Source: an uncultured Candidatus Saccharibacteria bacterium (GTDB taxonomy: Bacteria; Patescibacteriota; Minisyncoccia; Phycocordibacterales; UBA9973). From it: a stretch of DNA of 64,000 nucleotides. The DNA is taken from positions 5,606 to 69,605 of the forward strand of contig CAYIBP010000003.1 of NCBI GenBank assembly GCA_964361705.1, written 5' to 3'. The notes beneath the pieces are model-generated. The model was not told where the DNA came from. It saw nothing but the letters and a program-made list of their open reading frames with translations, and did not search any database. This document shows positions 38,681 through 50,052 of this stretch, piece by piece. Position numbers and translations under genes: made by a program. Positions within the stretch are counted from its first letter, which is position 1, and every line of letters begins with the position of its first letter.

Positions 38681-41634
38681 TATTTACAGGAAGCATTTTG
38701 TTTGCCATATGATTTGAAATGACAAGGTCTCTCGTTCCACTCGCCTGTCTTAATCAGGCGATCATAATCGGTGATATCTCTCCGAAGCAGATCAATCTTT
38801 TCTTCATCTACAAATATCTCATAAAAATATTCTTTTGGATCGGTGGCTTCCAGAAATTCCAACCGAGACATAGCAACATCTTTTTTCCATTTCCCTTCTT
38901 TACCCAAGAGATATGAATACATAGCCAGTTGGCGCATATAATCGCTCATTCTGCCTTCCTCATCTGTCTTTTCTATATCGCTCTTTTTTCTTGGATTACC
39001 AGTTTTGAAATCCGTAACTTCGGCTCTATTTTCTTTGTGCATTTCCACAAGGTCTATCTTGCCGTAAATCTTGAGATGGGAAAATCTTTTATCGGAAATA
39101 GATACATCAAGCTCGCTCTCTCGCTGTTTGGAAATATTTGGTAATCTTTCTTTTGCCCATCTTGATACTATATCTGTGACATTTTTTATCATTACCTCTT
39201 TTTGTTTTTCTTCAAAAATATTTATACTTTGCGCTTTTCTTTCTACTATGATTTTCACTTCTTTCTCACTCACAGACATATTCATATCAATCAATTCAGA
39301 TATAACACCATGTACTAGACTTCCGAATTCCAGACTCTCTGTTTTTGGCTCGGGTAATTCTAGCAAATTCCTAAAATACCATTTCCAAGGACATTCAAAG
39401 AAATTATTTAAAAGTGAAACTGAAACTCTTTTATCTTCATATTCATCTTCTATTATTTTATTCAAATCTTTCAGGTTCACATTCTCACCTCCAATCTCTT
39501 TTTTCTGTATAAAAGCCTTTGGATCTGATGCTAAAATATTCTTTTCCGTTTCGATAGCATTTTGTTTTTCTAGATCAGACAAAAGAGAAACGACTATATT
39601 TGCAAGTTCCAGCTCTCCTCCTGTATAAGAGAACAGTGAATAAGACAGCGTGCAAAATCTCTTTGCGCGAGTGATAGCGACATATAATTTTCTCTTTTTT
39701 TCATCTTCATCTTTTTCTCTATCTTTTACATCTAATTCTTGTGGCAAGGCAAAGCCTGAACGACCAGACCCAGATACGGATTTCTCATCTAGATGCGCGA
39801 TCCATACAAAATCAAACTCTAAACCTTTAGCCCCATGAAAAGTCAGCACGCGCACTCCTTCATTTTTACCAAACACCGACATGGAGATATGTTCACCATA
39901 GGATTCAAGTCTTCTAATAAAAGAAATAAACTCTTTTAAAGTGAGCTTTTTATTTTTTTCCATTTCAAACAGAGCTAGATGCAAAAATGTGCGCATTATT
40001 TCTATCCGAGAAATCATCTTCTCATGATCTTTTGCATTCTCCAAAAGCAAATCAGAACCTATGTATTGCAGAAAAGAATAAACATTCTGTTTTGTAGATA
40101 CTTCTATGAAACTTTTAATCTTTTTTATCCAAGACTCCACCGGATCAGATTCTTCAAATAATGTCTGACCAGAAGACCTATCGTCAAATATAGAGAAATC
40201 GCGCATTTTGTTTTTTCTCAAGAATTTATGAGCAGAAATAGGTGGTACCAAAGAAAGAGGATTGAAAAAAGTAGTTGAAACCAAAGCCGAATCATGCGAA
40301 TCCGATATTGCTTCCAATATTTCCAAAAATGCTTGGGCTTCTTGTGAATCAAAAATATTCATTTTTTCTCCTGACGCCACAGATAGACCCAAATCCCGCA
40401 GAAGCATCATCGCATTTCTGGCTTGTCTGTTGTTTGGCACCAATACTGCTATCTCTTCTGGTCTTATTCCCTCTTTTATCTTTTTCTTTATTTCAATTGA
40501 AGCCGATAATATTTCATCTCTCTCGTATTCAGCCTCGATTAGTTTTATTGGGTGATTCTCTTTGTGATTACTTTTGATTTTTTCATCAGTCAATGAACTT
40601 TGCAAGAGAGAATGAGCAAGATTTAAAATATTTTCAGTTGAACGATAATTCTCTATCAGATTTATCAGTTTAGCTTGACCAAAGAGATGTTTGAAATTAT
40701 CAAAATACTCGAGCTTTGCTCCAGAGAATCCATAAATAAGCTGTCTGTCATCTCCCACCACAAAAATATTCGGCTTCTCGACTTGTAACCTACCCCATAC
40801 TGCTTCCAAAAATTCATTTTGTACCAGAGAAGAGTCTTGATGTTCGTCTACAAGTATATATTGATACTGTTCTCTGATATCAGAGGCTGCTCCTTCTGAT
40901 ACCTCCACAATCTTCACCAAACCTTCTAGAAAATCATCATAGTCAAAAAGATTTTTTTCTTTTTTCTTTTTTTCATAAAGACTGAAAAACTTTACTGCTT
41001 CAAGGGTGCGCGACAAGGATTCTATCTTGCGCAAAGCGTCTTTCTTCATCTCACCTTTCGTGCTGCCACGACTTGAAATATTGTCTGGGTCTTTTTTTAT
41101 TTTTTCTATTTCTTGCAAGATTGATTGTTCAAAAATTTCTGGACTCTGACGCTCTCTTTTCAATATAGAAATCAGGCTTTTCAAATCTCTGAAATATCTC
41201 GCTGTATCAGAGCGAGGTTTAATATAATCCCATTCGTTTTCTTCCAAGATACTATCGCACAGAGTCACAGAATCTCTGTCGTCTATTATTTTTGGCGGAG
41301 ACGACACAGAAAGCGCGTCAAAATACTTTTCCACTATCTCTACGGCAAAACTGTGAAAAGTAGAAACCCGCACATTTACATATTCCGCGCCGATGTATTT
41401 TGCCAGTCTTTCTCGCATCGCTTTTACTCCGGATTTGGTAAAAGTCAGGCATAAAACACTATCCGCTTTTGTGTCGGTTTTTGTAAGTATGTTTGCTATA
41501 CGTAAAGCTAAAATCTGCGTTTTACCCGTGCCTGGACCTGCTACTACCATCACAGGACCCTCTGTAGTGTCTACTGCTTCCTTTTGGGCTTTATTTAGCT
41601 TTCCATATTCTTCTTGAAAAATCTTTACAGACAT
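38650..41634 (-). CDS. UvrD/PcrA-type SF1 helicase fused to a C-terminal PD-(D/E)XK nuclease with a Cas4/AddB-like Cys cluster
   Basis: Walker A VVAGPGTGKTQ and UvrD motifs (VDEHQDS, YRST). The C-terminus carries CPWKWYF, GKIDLVE, TDFKTG, QLAMYSY and CHFKSYGKQNASCKYC. Confidence 0.85.
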   Translation of the reverse strand: MSVKIFQEEYGKLNKAQKEAVDTTEGPVMVVAGPGTGKTQILALRIANILTKTDTKADSVLCLTFTKSGVKAMRERLAKYIGAEYVNVRVSTFHSFAVEIVEKYFDALSVSSPPKIIDDRDSVTLCDSILEENEWDYIKPRSDTARYFRDLKSLISILKRERQSPEIFEQSILQEIEKIKKDPDNISSRGSTKGEMKKDALRKIESLSRTLEAVKFFSLYEKKKKEKNLFDYDDFLEGLVKIVEVSEGAASDIREQYQYILVDEHQDSSLVQNEFLEAVWGRLQVEKPNIFVVGDDRQLIYGFSGAKLEYFDNFKHLFGQAKLINLIENYRSTENILNLAHSLLQSSLTDEKIKSNHKENHPIKLIEAEYERDEILSASIEIKKKIKEGIRPEEIAVLVPNNRQARNAMMLLRDLGLSVASGEKMNIFDSQEAQAFLEILEAISDSHDSALVSTTFFNPLSLVPPISAHKFLRKNKMRDFSIFDDRSSGQTLFEESDPVESWIKKIKSFIEVSTKQNVYSFLQYIGSDLLLENAKDHEKMISRIEIMRTFLHLALFEMEKNKKLTLKEFISFIRRLESYGEHISMSVFGKNEGVRVLTFHGAKGLEFDFVWIAHLDEKSVSGSGRSGFALPQELDVKDREKDEDEKKRKLYVAITRAKRFCTLSYSLFSYTGGELELANIVVSLLSDLEKQNAIETEKNILASDPKAFIQKKEIGGENVNLKDLNKIIEDEYEDKRVSVSLLNNFFECPWKWYFRNLLELPEPKTESLEFGSLVHGVISELIDMNMSVSEKEVKIIVERKAQSINIFEEKQKEVMIKNVTDIVSRWAKERLPNISKQRESELDVSISDKRFSHLKIYGKIDLVEMHKENRAEVTDFKTGNPRKKSDIEKTDEEGRMSDYMRQLAMYSYLLGKEGKWKKDVAMSRLEFLEATDPKEYFYEIFVDEEKIDLLRRDITDYDRLIKTGEWNERPCHFKSYGKQNASCKYCKMSKIYLV

Positions 41635-42386
41635 TATATGTATATTCTAGTCCTCTTTATTTTAAAAGCGAGGGCAGGCAAATTAATATTTTTCCCCAAA
41701 TCGTTTGCGATACTACGAACATAAGTGCCACTGCTACATCTAATCTTAAAATTCGCAATAAAATACTTATCCTTGTTTTTGCTCAATTCTTTATTCCAGA
41801 TATTTAAAATCTCTTTCTGTCTAAAATCACCTTTCACTTTCTTGATTCTCCTTTCAATATTTTCCAGTAGCTTTTTCGTACCGACACTTTTCAAACCCAA
41901 AAATTTCAAACTTTTCACTTTTACTTTATTTTCCGGCAACATCACACTCACCCCCTCTCTACCGTATTCAAAGAGAGGTTTACCCTTCACTGTCTTTGAA
42001 GAAAAAATAGGATATTTTTGAATTATATCGCCTATGAAAAATCTTAGATTCTTTAATATTTCCTTTTTTAGGCCTATCGTTAGGCCTTGCCTAACGATAT
42101 TTTCTTTTTTTAGAATTTTCCCCAATATATCAAAAGTGTCTGTCGCAAAGCCAAACAAAACTTCAAACTCGTATTCTTTATCAAGTTTCAGATACTTTTC
42201 TTTATTCTTTACTTCATCCCCTGCGAGAATAAGCAATACACCGGAGGCCATAGGGTCCAACCTGCCAGCGTAAGTCATCAGCAGATCTTTGTATTCTTTA
42301 TGTTTTGCCCGAAAATGTTCAAGAGCTTGAAGAGGAGTCTCACCTTCTTTTTTATTCAGCACTATGACCTTTTTAGCTTTATTCAT
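41634..42386 (-). CDS. truB: tRNA pseudouridine(55) synthase
   Basis: AGRLDPMASGVLLI catalytic-Asp motif. The start is set at the internal Met (MNKAKKVIVL), which lies 9 nt downstream of a TATAAT. The ORF-track extension to 42458 is probably spurious. Confidence 0.85.
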   Translation of the reverse strand: MNKAKKVIVLNKKEGETPLQALEHFRAKHKEYKDLLMTYAGRLDPMASGVLLILAGDEVKNKEKYLKLDKEYEFEVLFGFATDTFDILGKILKKENIVRQGLTIGLKKEILKNLRFFIGDIIQKYPIFSSKTVKGKPLFEYGREGVSVMLPENKVKVKSLKFLGLKSVGTKKLLENIERRIKKVKGDFRQKEILNIWNKELSKNKDKYFIANFKIRCSSGTYVRSIANDLGKNINLPALAFKIKRTRIYI

Positions 42387-42395
42387 CACCGAATG

Positions 42396-42401
42396 ATTAT
42401 A
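42396..42401 (-). promoter_or_regulatory. -10 box TATAAT 9 nt upstream of the truB ATG
   Basis: Minus strand reads GTATATAAT-CATTCGGTG-ATG. Confidence 0.4.
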
Positions 42402-42445
42402 TACGACTTTCTTTTTTATAGAAATAAGGTAAATTAGATATAGCC

Positions 42446-42532
42446 GGAGGCGTCGCATAGTGGTCTAGTGCACCACCTTGGAAAGGTGGCAGGCTCGAAA
42501 GGGTCTCGTGAGTTCAAATCTCACCGCCTCCG
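42446..42532 (+). tRNA. tRNA-Ser (anticodon GGA)
   Basis: Acceptor GGAGGCG/CGCCTCC; 3-bp D-stem; anticodon arm CCACC-TTGGAAA-GGTGG; long variable arm; T-arm GTGAG-TTCAAAT-CTCAC; discriminator G. Confidence 0.85.
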
Positions 42533-42551
42533 CACGAATTTGAAAGAATTT

Positions 42552-43712
42552 ATGTCCCATAATAATTTAAACTCAAAAAACAAATTGATAAGCGAAAGTC
42601 TAACGGTCCGACTAAACACGCTGGCAAATCAACTCAAATCTGAAGGCAAGAAGATAATAAACCTCACTGCAGGAGAACTCGATTTCCCTACTCCGTCTTA
42701 TATACAACAAGAAGTAAAGAACAAACTGTCTCTGAACAAATACACTCCCACCACAGGGTTTCTGGATTTGCGTCAAGCTTTGGCAAGACAGGTATTCAAA
42801 GAATATAAATGGCAAGTCACACATCAAAATGTGGCAGTAACATCAGGATGCAAACAAGCGCTCTTTGAGAGTTTGTTCGCAATACTCAAAAAGGACGATG
42901 AAGTCATAGTCCCATCACCTGATTGGGTGACATACAGATACCAGATCATTTTAAATGATGCTGTGCCTGTGATCGTGCCACTCGATAAAGATTTCGATCT
43001 GGATGTGGAAAAAATAAAAAAAGCGATCACTAAAAAAACAAAAGCAATAATACTAAATAGTCCCAATAACCCCACCGGCTCTATATATAGTACAAAAAAA
43101 CTTCTGGAATTAAAGAAAATTTTAAAAGAAAAAGATATATATGTAATAGTAGATGACACTTACAGCAAAATCGTGTATGACGCGTCTTATAAATCTCCGG
43201 CGCTTTTTATGCCAGATGAAAGATATCTGATCTTGGTAAACAGTTTTTCTAAAAGCCAAGCACTGACTGGCTGGAGGATAGGATATGTAATAGCCGACAA
43301 AGAAATCATAAATGCAATATCTTCTTATCAGAGCCACACCACAGGCAATGCTCCAATACTGTCGCAGATCGCTGCGCAAAAAATATTGGAAAAAGGAGAC
43401 AAGACTGAAAGATTTGTAAAAGTACTAAAGAAACAAAGAGACCTAGCTGATAAAATATTAAAAAATATATCTGGGATTTCCTACACAGTTCCAAAAGGCG
43501 CTTTTTATTATTTCATAGATGTGTCTAAGATCGAAAAAAACACAGAAAAGTTTTGCGAAGAACTTCTGAAATCGGGATTGGCGTTGGTTCCCGGTGAAGC
43601 TTTTGGTTATCCCGGATTTGTGAGATTGTCATTTTCAACTTCGACAAAAAATCTGATCGAGGGTATTAAAATATTTAAAAAGTTCTGCGAAAACTATAAA
43701 AACCATGATTAA
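42552..43712 (+). CDS. Class I/II PLP-dependent aminotransferase (aspartate aminotransferase-like)
   Basis: PLP-lysine motif SFSKSQALTGWRIGY. The start is moved to the ATG at 42552 because the ORF-track start at 42468 overlaps tRNA-Ser. The stop overlaps the ppcA ATG. Confidence 0.85.
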   Translation: MSHNNLNSKNKLISESLTVRLNTLANQLKSEGKKIINLTAGELDFPTPSYIQQEVKNKLSLNKYTPTTGFLDLRQALARQVFKEYKWQVTHQNVAVTSGCKQALFESLFAILKKDDEVIVPSPDWVTYRYQIILNDAVPVIVPLDKDFDLDVEKIKKAITKKTKAIILNSPNNPTGSIYSTKKLLELKKILKEKDIYVIVDDTYSKIVYDASYKSPALFMPDERYLILVNSFSKSQALTGWRIGYVIADKEIINAISSYQSHTTGNAPILSQIAAQKILEKGDKTERFVKVLKKQRDLADKILKNISGISYTVPKGAFYYFIDVSKIEKNTEKFCEELLKSGLALVPGEAFGYPGFVRLSFSTSTKNLIEGIKIFKKFCENYKNHD

Positions 43713-45207
43713 AATTCCAAGAACAATGGCAACACAGCATCCTGATAATGCCAAAGCTCCGTATTGGGAACAAGATGGCGACACTTTTGTGAGCGCAAAA
43801 GAAGAACCAGCAGAATGCGTAGATGCATTTCAAAATCTAAATGTAGAAGAATTTATGTGGGACTGGGAAGGCAAATTTGCAGAAGAAGCGGTGATAGACA
43901 GGTTGTTTCATAAATATTTTGATTACTTCAAAGAAAACCAGCTTGGACTAAAGAAAAGACTCACTTTTCGCATACCAAACATTTGGCAGGAAAAAGGCTA
44001 CAGTCTGATCCGCGCATTGATGGTAATATTGACCAGTGAAGATTTTGCGCGAGATTTGAAATTTCATTCACCTCCCTTGTTTGAAGTCATTTTGCCGATG
44101 ACAGAGAATGCAAAACAACTTATCTTTATTCAGAAATCATTCCAAGAATTGGCAAAGATAAAATCAAAGATATTCAACCAGTCTGAAAAAAATGCTCAAT
44201 ATATAAATATAATTCCCCTTTTTGAAGATGTACACACGCAAATAAATGCAAAGAGAATTCTGATAGAGTACATAAAACTCCATAAAAGAACTTTTGGCTT
44301 CAAGCCAAAATATTTGCGCGTATTTATAGCTCGCAGTGACCCAGCCATGTCTTCAGGCATGGTATCCACAGTGCTTGCCAACAAGATAATCCTCTCTGAT
44401 CTTTGCGAATTAGAAAAAGAATCCGGCATACCCATATACCCTATCTTGGGCGCAGGCTCTCTGCCTTTTCGCGGAGGACTTTCACCTTTGACCATGAAAG
44501 AATTTGATGAAGAGTACAGAGGAATACATACCATAACAATCCAATCAGCTTTCAGATACGACTACAAACTCTCTTCAGTCAAAAAAGCCATAAAATATTA
44601 CAATCAGCAAACTATCCGCAAGCCAGAAATCATTTCTAGCGAAGAGCGAAGCAAGTTACTGAGAATAATAAACTTGTTTGAAAAAGAATATAAGGCGAAT
44701 CTAAAAAAGATCTTGCCTGATGTTTCTTTTGTATTCAATTCTTTCCCAAGAAGAAGGGAGAGGCACCTGCATATAGGGCTCCTCTCTTATGGTAGGAAAA
44801 TACATGGTGTAAATATGCCACGCGCTATCACATTTACCGGATCTTTTTATTCATTGGGTATTCCGCCAGAGTTTTTAGACGTAGGAGCTATTTTATCACT
44901 CACAGACAAGGAAGTAGCCTTGGTAAATAAATTTTATAAAAATACCAAAGGTGCCCTTTCGCATGCTGGACGATTTTTAAATCGAAACAATCTGCGCAAA
45001 CTAGGTAAAAAATCAAAAAGTTGGGCAAAAATTGAAAAAGATATAGAACAAACCGAGAATTTTCTAAAGATTAAATTCAAAACTCAAAGTAAAGACGACA
45101 TAGCTCACCTTAAACTCACAGGCATGCTTCTGAAATCAAAGAAAAATCCGAAAAAGATAAAGCAAATCATAAATAAAACCGGAATCCTGAGAAAAAGTCT
45201 AGGATAA
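43705..45207 (+). CDS. ppcA: Archaeal-type phosphoenolpyruvate carboxylase
   Basis: N-terminus MIKIPRTMATQHPDN is the hallmark start of atPEPC; about 500 aa is typical for the archaeal-type enzyme. Confidence 0.8.
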   Translation: MIKIPRTMATQHPDNAKAPYWEQDGDTFVSAKEEPAECVDAFQNLNVEEFMWDWEGKFAEEAVIDRLFHKYFDYFKENQLGLKKRLTFRIPNIWQEKGYSLIRALMVILTSEDFARDLKFHSPPLFEVILPMTENAKQLIFIQKSFQELAKIKSKIFNQSEKNAQYINIIPLFEDVHTQINAKRILIEYIKLHKRTFGFKPKYLRVFIARSDPAMSSGMVSTVLANKIILSDLCELEKESGIPIYPILGAGSLPFRGGLSPLTMKEFDEEYRGIHTITIQSAFRYDYKLSSVKKAIKYYNQQTIRKPEIISSEERSKLLRIINLFEKEYKANLKKILPDVSFVFNSFPRRRERHLHIGLLSYGRKIHGVNMPRAITFTGSFYSLGIPPEFLDVGAILSLTDKEVALVNKFYKNTKGALSHAGRFLNRNNLRKLGKKSKSWAKIEKDIEQTENFLKIKFKTQSKDDIAHLKLTGMLLKSKKNPKKIKQIINKTGILRKSLG

Positions 45208-45231
45208 AATAGATATTTCCCATCCAAAAAT

Positions 45232-45272
45232 ACAAAAGCCCCATATAGATACAATATCTATACAGGGGAGAT
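45232..45272. terminator. Bidirectional intrinsic terminator between convergent ppcA and the GC-rich gene
   Basis: CCCC-a-TATAGATA-caa-TATCTATA-ca-GGGG followed by ATTTTTA on the plus strand and by a T-rich run on the minus strand. Confidence 0.55.
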
Positions 45273-45310
45273 TTTTACGATAATCTCAAAAACGTAAAAT
45301 GAAAACTTGC

Positions 45311-46060
45311 TCAGCTTGCGACGGGCTCTGCAGCAATCTCTTCGGGCCTGCAAGCAACAATTGCCACGAATAACTTCTTCGTTGGCGAAGAAAGTGGTAA
45401 AATTTCGCTTGTGATTTTGCCCAAATGAGAGCGTAGCAATGTAAAATTGCTAGCTCCAGTATCTGTCCCAAAAAATGCCAGAGGAGACCCATTCAGAGCC
45501 TCCTTAAAATCATTGACATCAAAAGACGCGATATTTCGAGCCGTAGTTGCTCCAGCAAGGCAAAATCCTAAACCGCGCCTGCGAAAAGATTTGGCAATTT
45601 CACCTGCCGTTCTCCCTTCGCCACTGACAGCCACAACCGCAAGTTTTTCGTCGTCCAGAAGAAAAGCCGGATTTTCCCTGAAGAGCTTCAGGGCATTGAG
45701 AGCTTGCGCGTAATCGTCTTTGATTTCGGCCTCAGCCAAAATCGACGCGGCCTGCGTCCCCGTGACGGCTTGAAGGTTGAGAGGTTGCCTAGCGCGCGGA
45801 TCAAAAGCGGTCCTAGTGCCAATAGGAACCGGCGAAAGTTCTTCGTCCGGCAACTTTGTTGACGAAAATTCTTCTTGTTCTTGAGATAACAATCCGTGGA
45901 TAAAAGCCTCGAACTTTGCCTTGAACGCATAAGGACTGCTGATAATCCAATCGTTCAGGGTTTCGAATTCTTCCTCCGAGAGTTCCATCATCTTAAGCCT
46001 CTCAGCGAAGCTTCTAATAATATCTCTTCTGAGATCCCAAATGATCAGTTTTTTTAGCAT
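45311..46060 (-). CDS. Hypothetical protein encoded in a compositionally foreign GC-rich segment
   Basis: 249 aa from the ATG at 46060, which sits 11 nt after a perfect AAGGAG Shine-Dalgarno. The GTG start at 46099 in the ORF track is less likely. Local GC is about 55-60% against about 30% around it. No confident domain assignment. A possible Rossmann-like segment (LAVVAVSGEGRTAGEIAKSF...GFCLAGATTARNIA) is a weak call. Confidence 0.6.
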   Translation of the reverse strand: MLKKLIIWDLRRDIIRSFAERLKMMELSEEEFETLNDWIISSPYAFKAKFEAFIHGLLSQEQEEFSSTKLPDEELSPVPIGTRTAFDPRARQPLNLQAVTGTQAASILAEAEIKDDYAQALNALKLFRENPAFLLDDEKLAVVAVSGEGRTAGEIAKSFRRRGLGFCLAGATTARNIASFDVNDFKEALNGSPLAFFGTDTGASNFTLLRSHLGKITSEILPLSSPTKKLFVAIVACRPEEIAAEPVAS

Positions 46061-46116
46061 GGCTCTTTTCTCCTTAGAGTTTAGCCATTTTACTAACACT
46101 ACGCGGGATTGGGTGC

Positions 46117-46170
46117 GTAGTCATAGCTCCAAAAACCCAATATTTATTGGGTACTTAAAGCTATGACTAC
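46117..46170. repeat. Nested inverted repeat upstream of the GC-rich gene
   Basis: A 12-bp perfect IR GTAGTCATAGCT / AGCTATGACTAC flanks a 30-nt spacer that contains the palindrome CCCAATAttTATTGGG. Confidence 0.6.
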
Positions 46171-46248
46171 TTGAGCAAGTAATTTTTAAAGAGCTTTATA
46201 CTTTTATATTATAGCATACTGGACACCTATGTGTCAAACAGACCTGAC

Positions 46249-46273
46249 ATGATGTCAAAGAGACTCTTTGACA
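46249..46273. repeat. Perfect 25-nt palindrome at the 3' end of ligA
   Basis: GATGTCAAAGAG-a-CTCTTTGACATC, followed on the plus strand by TAGAGCATTTTTAAAAATT. Confidence 0.55.
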
Positions 46274-46274
46274 T

Positions 46275-48805
<2,531 letters not shown>

Positions 48806-48809
48806 TTTA

Positions 48810-49421
48810 TTATTCTATCCAGTTATATAAATACTCTGTAAGTACGATGCTGTGTGTACCTGACTGTTGACTCCAAGACACCCTTGAATACACTTTTACT
48901 CTATCCACAACTGAAGTATCCGCCCATGTAGTACGAATAAATCCAGAATCAACGCCATTGGCAGGATTCGTGCTGTAATTGCCATTATTAAAATACAAAT
49001 GACAATTGCTTGGATTTTCAGCACACTTAAACACAGAGATCGCATTGGTCTGGTTTACTATCGCAATATTGAAACCACAAAGTCCAGTTTCATTTGAGCT
49101 TGGGGGCTGACTTCCACTGCATTTGGTATTTGAAATACCTGTAAAATTAAACCTAAAATCATTCCAATCTGTTGGATTGCTGGAAAATAGCATATAAGCG
49201 TTTCTTTTGTTCAAGAAGTATTCTATACCTTCTTGAGCCAAATATGTGGCAGTAATTTTTTTCTTTGCGTATTCTATATCAGAAAGTCCATTGCCCAACA
49301 CAGACATCAAAGACACAATGGATAAAGAAAATATCGCAACAGCAACAAGCGTTTCAATCAAAGTAAAACCTTGTTTGGTATTTTTGATATTTATATTTTT
49401 TTGCGTAGAAAAATTATTCAT
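48810..49421 (-). CDS. Minor pilin/pseudopilin (GspI/PilV-like)
   Basis: QGFTLIETLVAVAIFSLSIVSLM prepilin N-terminus. Confidence 0.7.
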   Translation of the reverse strand: MNNFSTQKNINIKNTKQGFTLIETLVAVAIFSLSIVSLMSVLGNGLSDIEYAKKKITATYLAQEGIEYFLNKRNAYMLFSSNPTDWNDFRFNFTGISNTKCSGSQPPSSNETGLCGFNIAIVNQTNAISVFKCAENPSNCHLYFNNGNYSTNPANGVDSGFIRTTWADTSVVDRVKVYSRVSWSQQSGTHSIVLTEYLYNWIE

Positions 49422-49427
49422 GGTTTT

Positions 49428-50039
49428 TTATTGTATATCTACTAACCGTTGTGATATGGTGGTTTGCAAGGCAAAAGGCGTCTTAATATTTTTATAAAAA
49501 ATATCTCCCATGAGTCTGATCCTCACCATGGGTTGCGCATCGTCTCCAGCTTCGGCGCCACTGACTATGAATTTAGATCCACTACCTATCAACACATCGC
49601 TTGTATTTAATGTTGCCCACGTAATTCCTCCATCTGTTGACTTCTCTATGTTAGGAGGAACGATCTTGTATATCCATTGATTACTAGTGTCATCATACAC
49701 AAATTCTTCCGGTTCAAATACAATCTGCGCACTTCCATTCAAACAACTCACAGGATCTTCACTTGCGGCTTCTCCAGCAAGACCACAATGATAGAAGAAT
49801 CCTGTTCTTAAGTTCCTAGACATATCTTCCATTATAAAACTCAAACTATCCATAATAGAACGCATATCTTCCGATTTCCTATGAACTAAATTTGCATTTA
49901 GAAGCGAATCCATGCCCACCATAGTAACCACCAGAAAAATAGAAACGGCAATCATGGTTTCTATAATAGTATATCCGCTAGTTTTTAGTTTCTTTCTTTT
50001 TTCTTTCATATTTTGTTTTTTAAAAAATATTTTCATCAC
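49428..50039 (-). CDS. Minor pilin/pseudopilin (GspJ/PilW-like)
   Basis: SGYTIIETMIAVSIFLVVTMV prepilin N-terminus. Confidence 0.7.
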   Translation of the reverse strand: MMKIFFKKQNMKEKRKKLKTSGYTIIETMIAVSIFLVVTMVGMDSLLNANLVHRKSEDMRSIMDSLSFIMEDMSRNLRTGFFYHCGLAGEAASEDPVSCLNGSAQIVFEPEEFVYDDTSNQWIYKIVPPNIEKSTDGGITWATLNTSDVLIGSGSKFIVSGAEAGDDAQPMVRIRLMGDIFYKNIKTPFALQTTISQRLVDIQ

Positions 50040-50052
50040 AATAAAATATAAT

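Noticed and set aside
42468-42551. ORF-track N-terminal extension of the aminotransferase (start 42468)
   Set aside because: It overlaps the tRNA-Ser gene. The in-frame ATG at 42552 gives a normal aminotransferase N-terminus.
45286-45930. Extra ORFs in the GC-rich segment (45286..45492 minus, 45447..45713 plus, 45688..45930 minus)
   Set aside because: High GC suppresses stop codons in all frames. These overlap the longer SD-preceded ORF and are Arg/Pro/Ala-rich artefacts.
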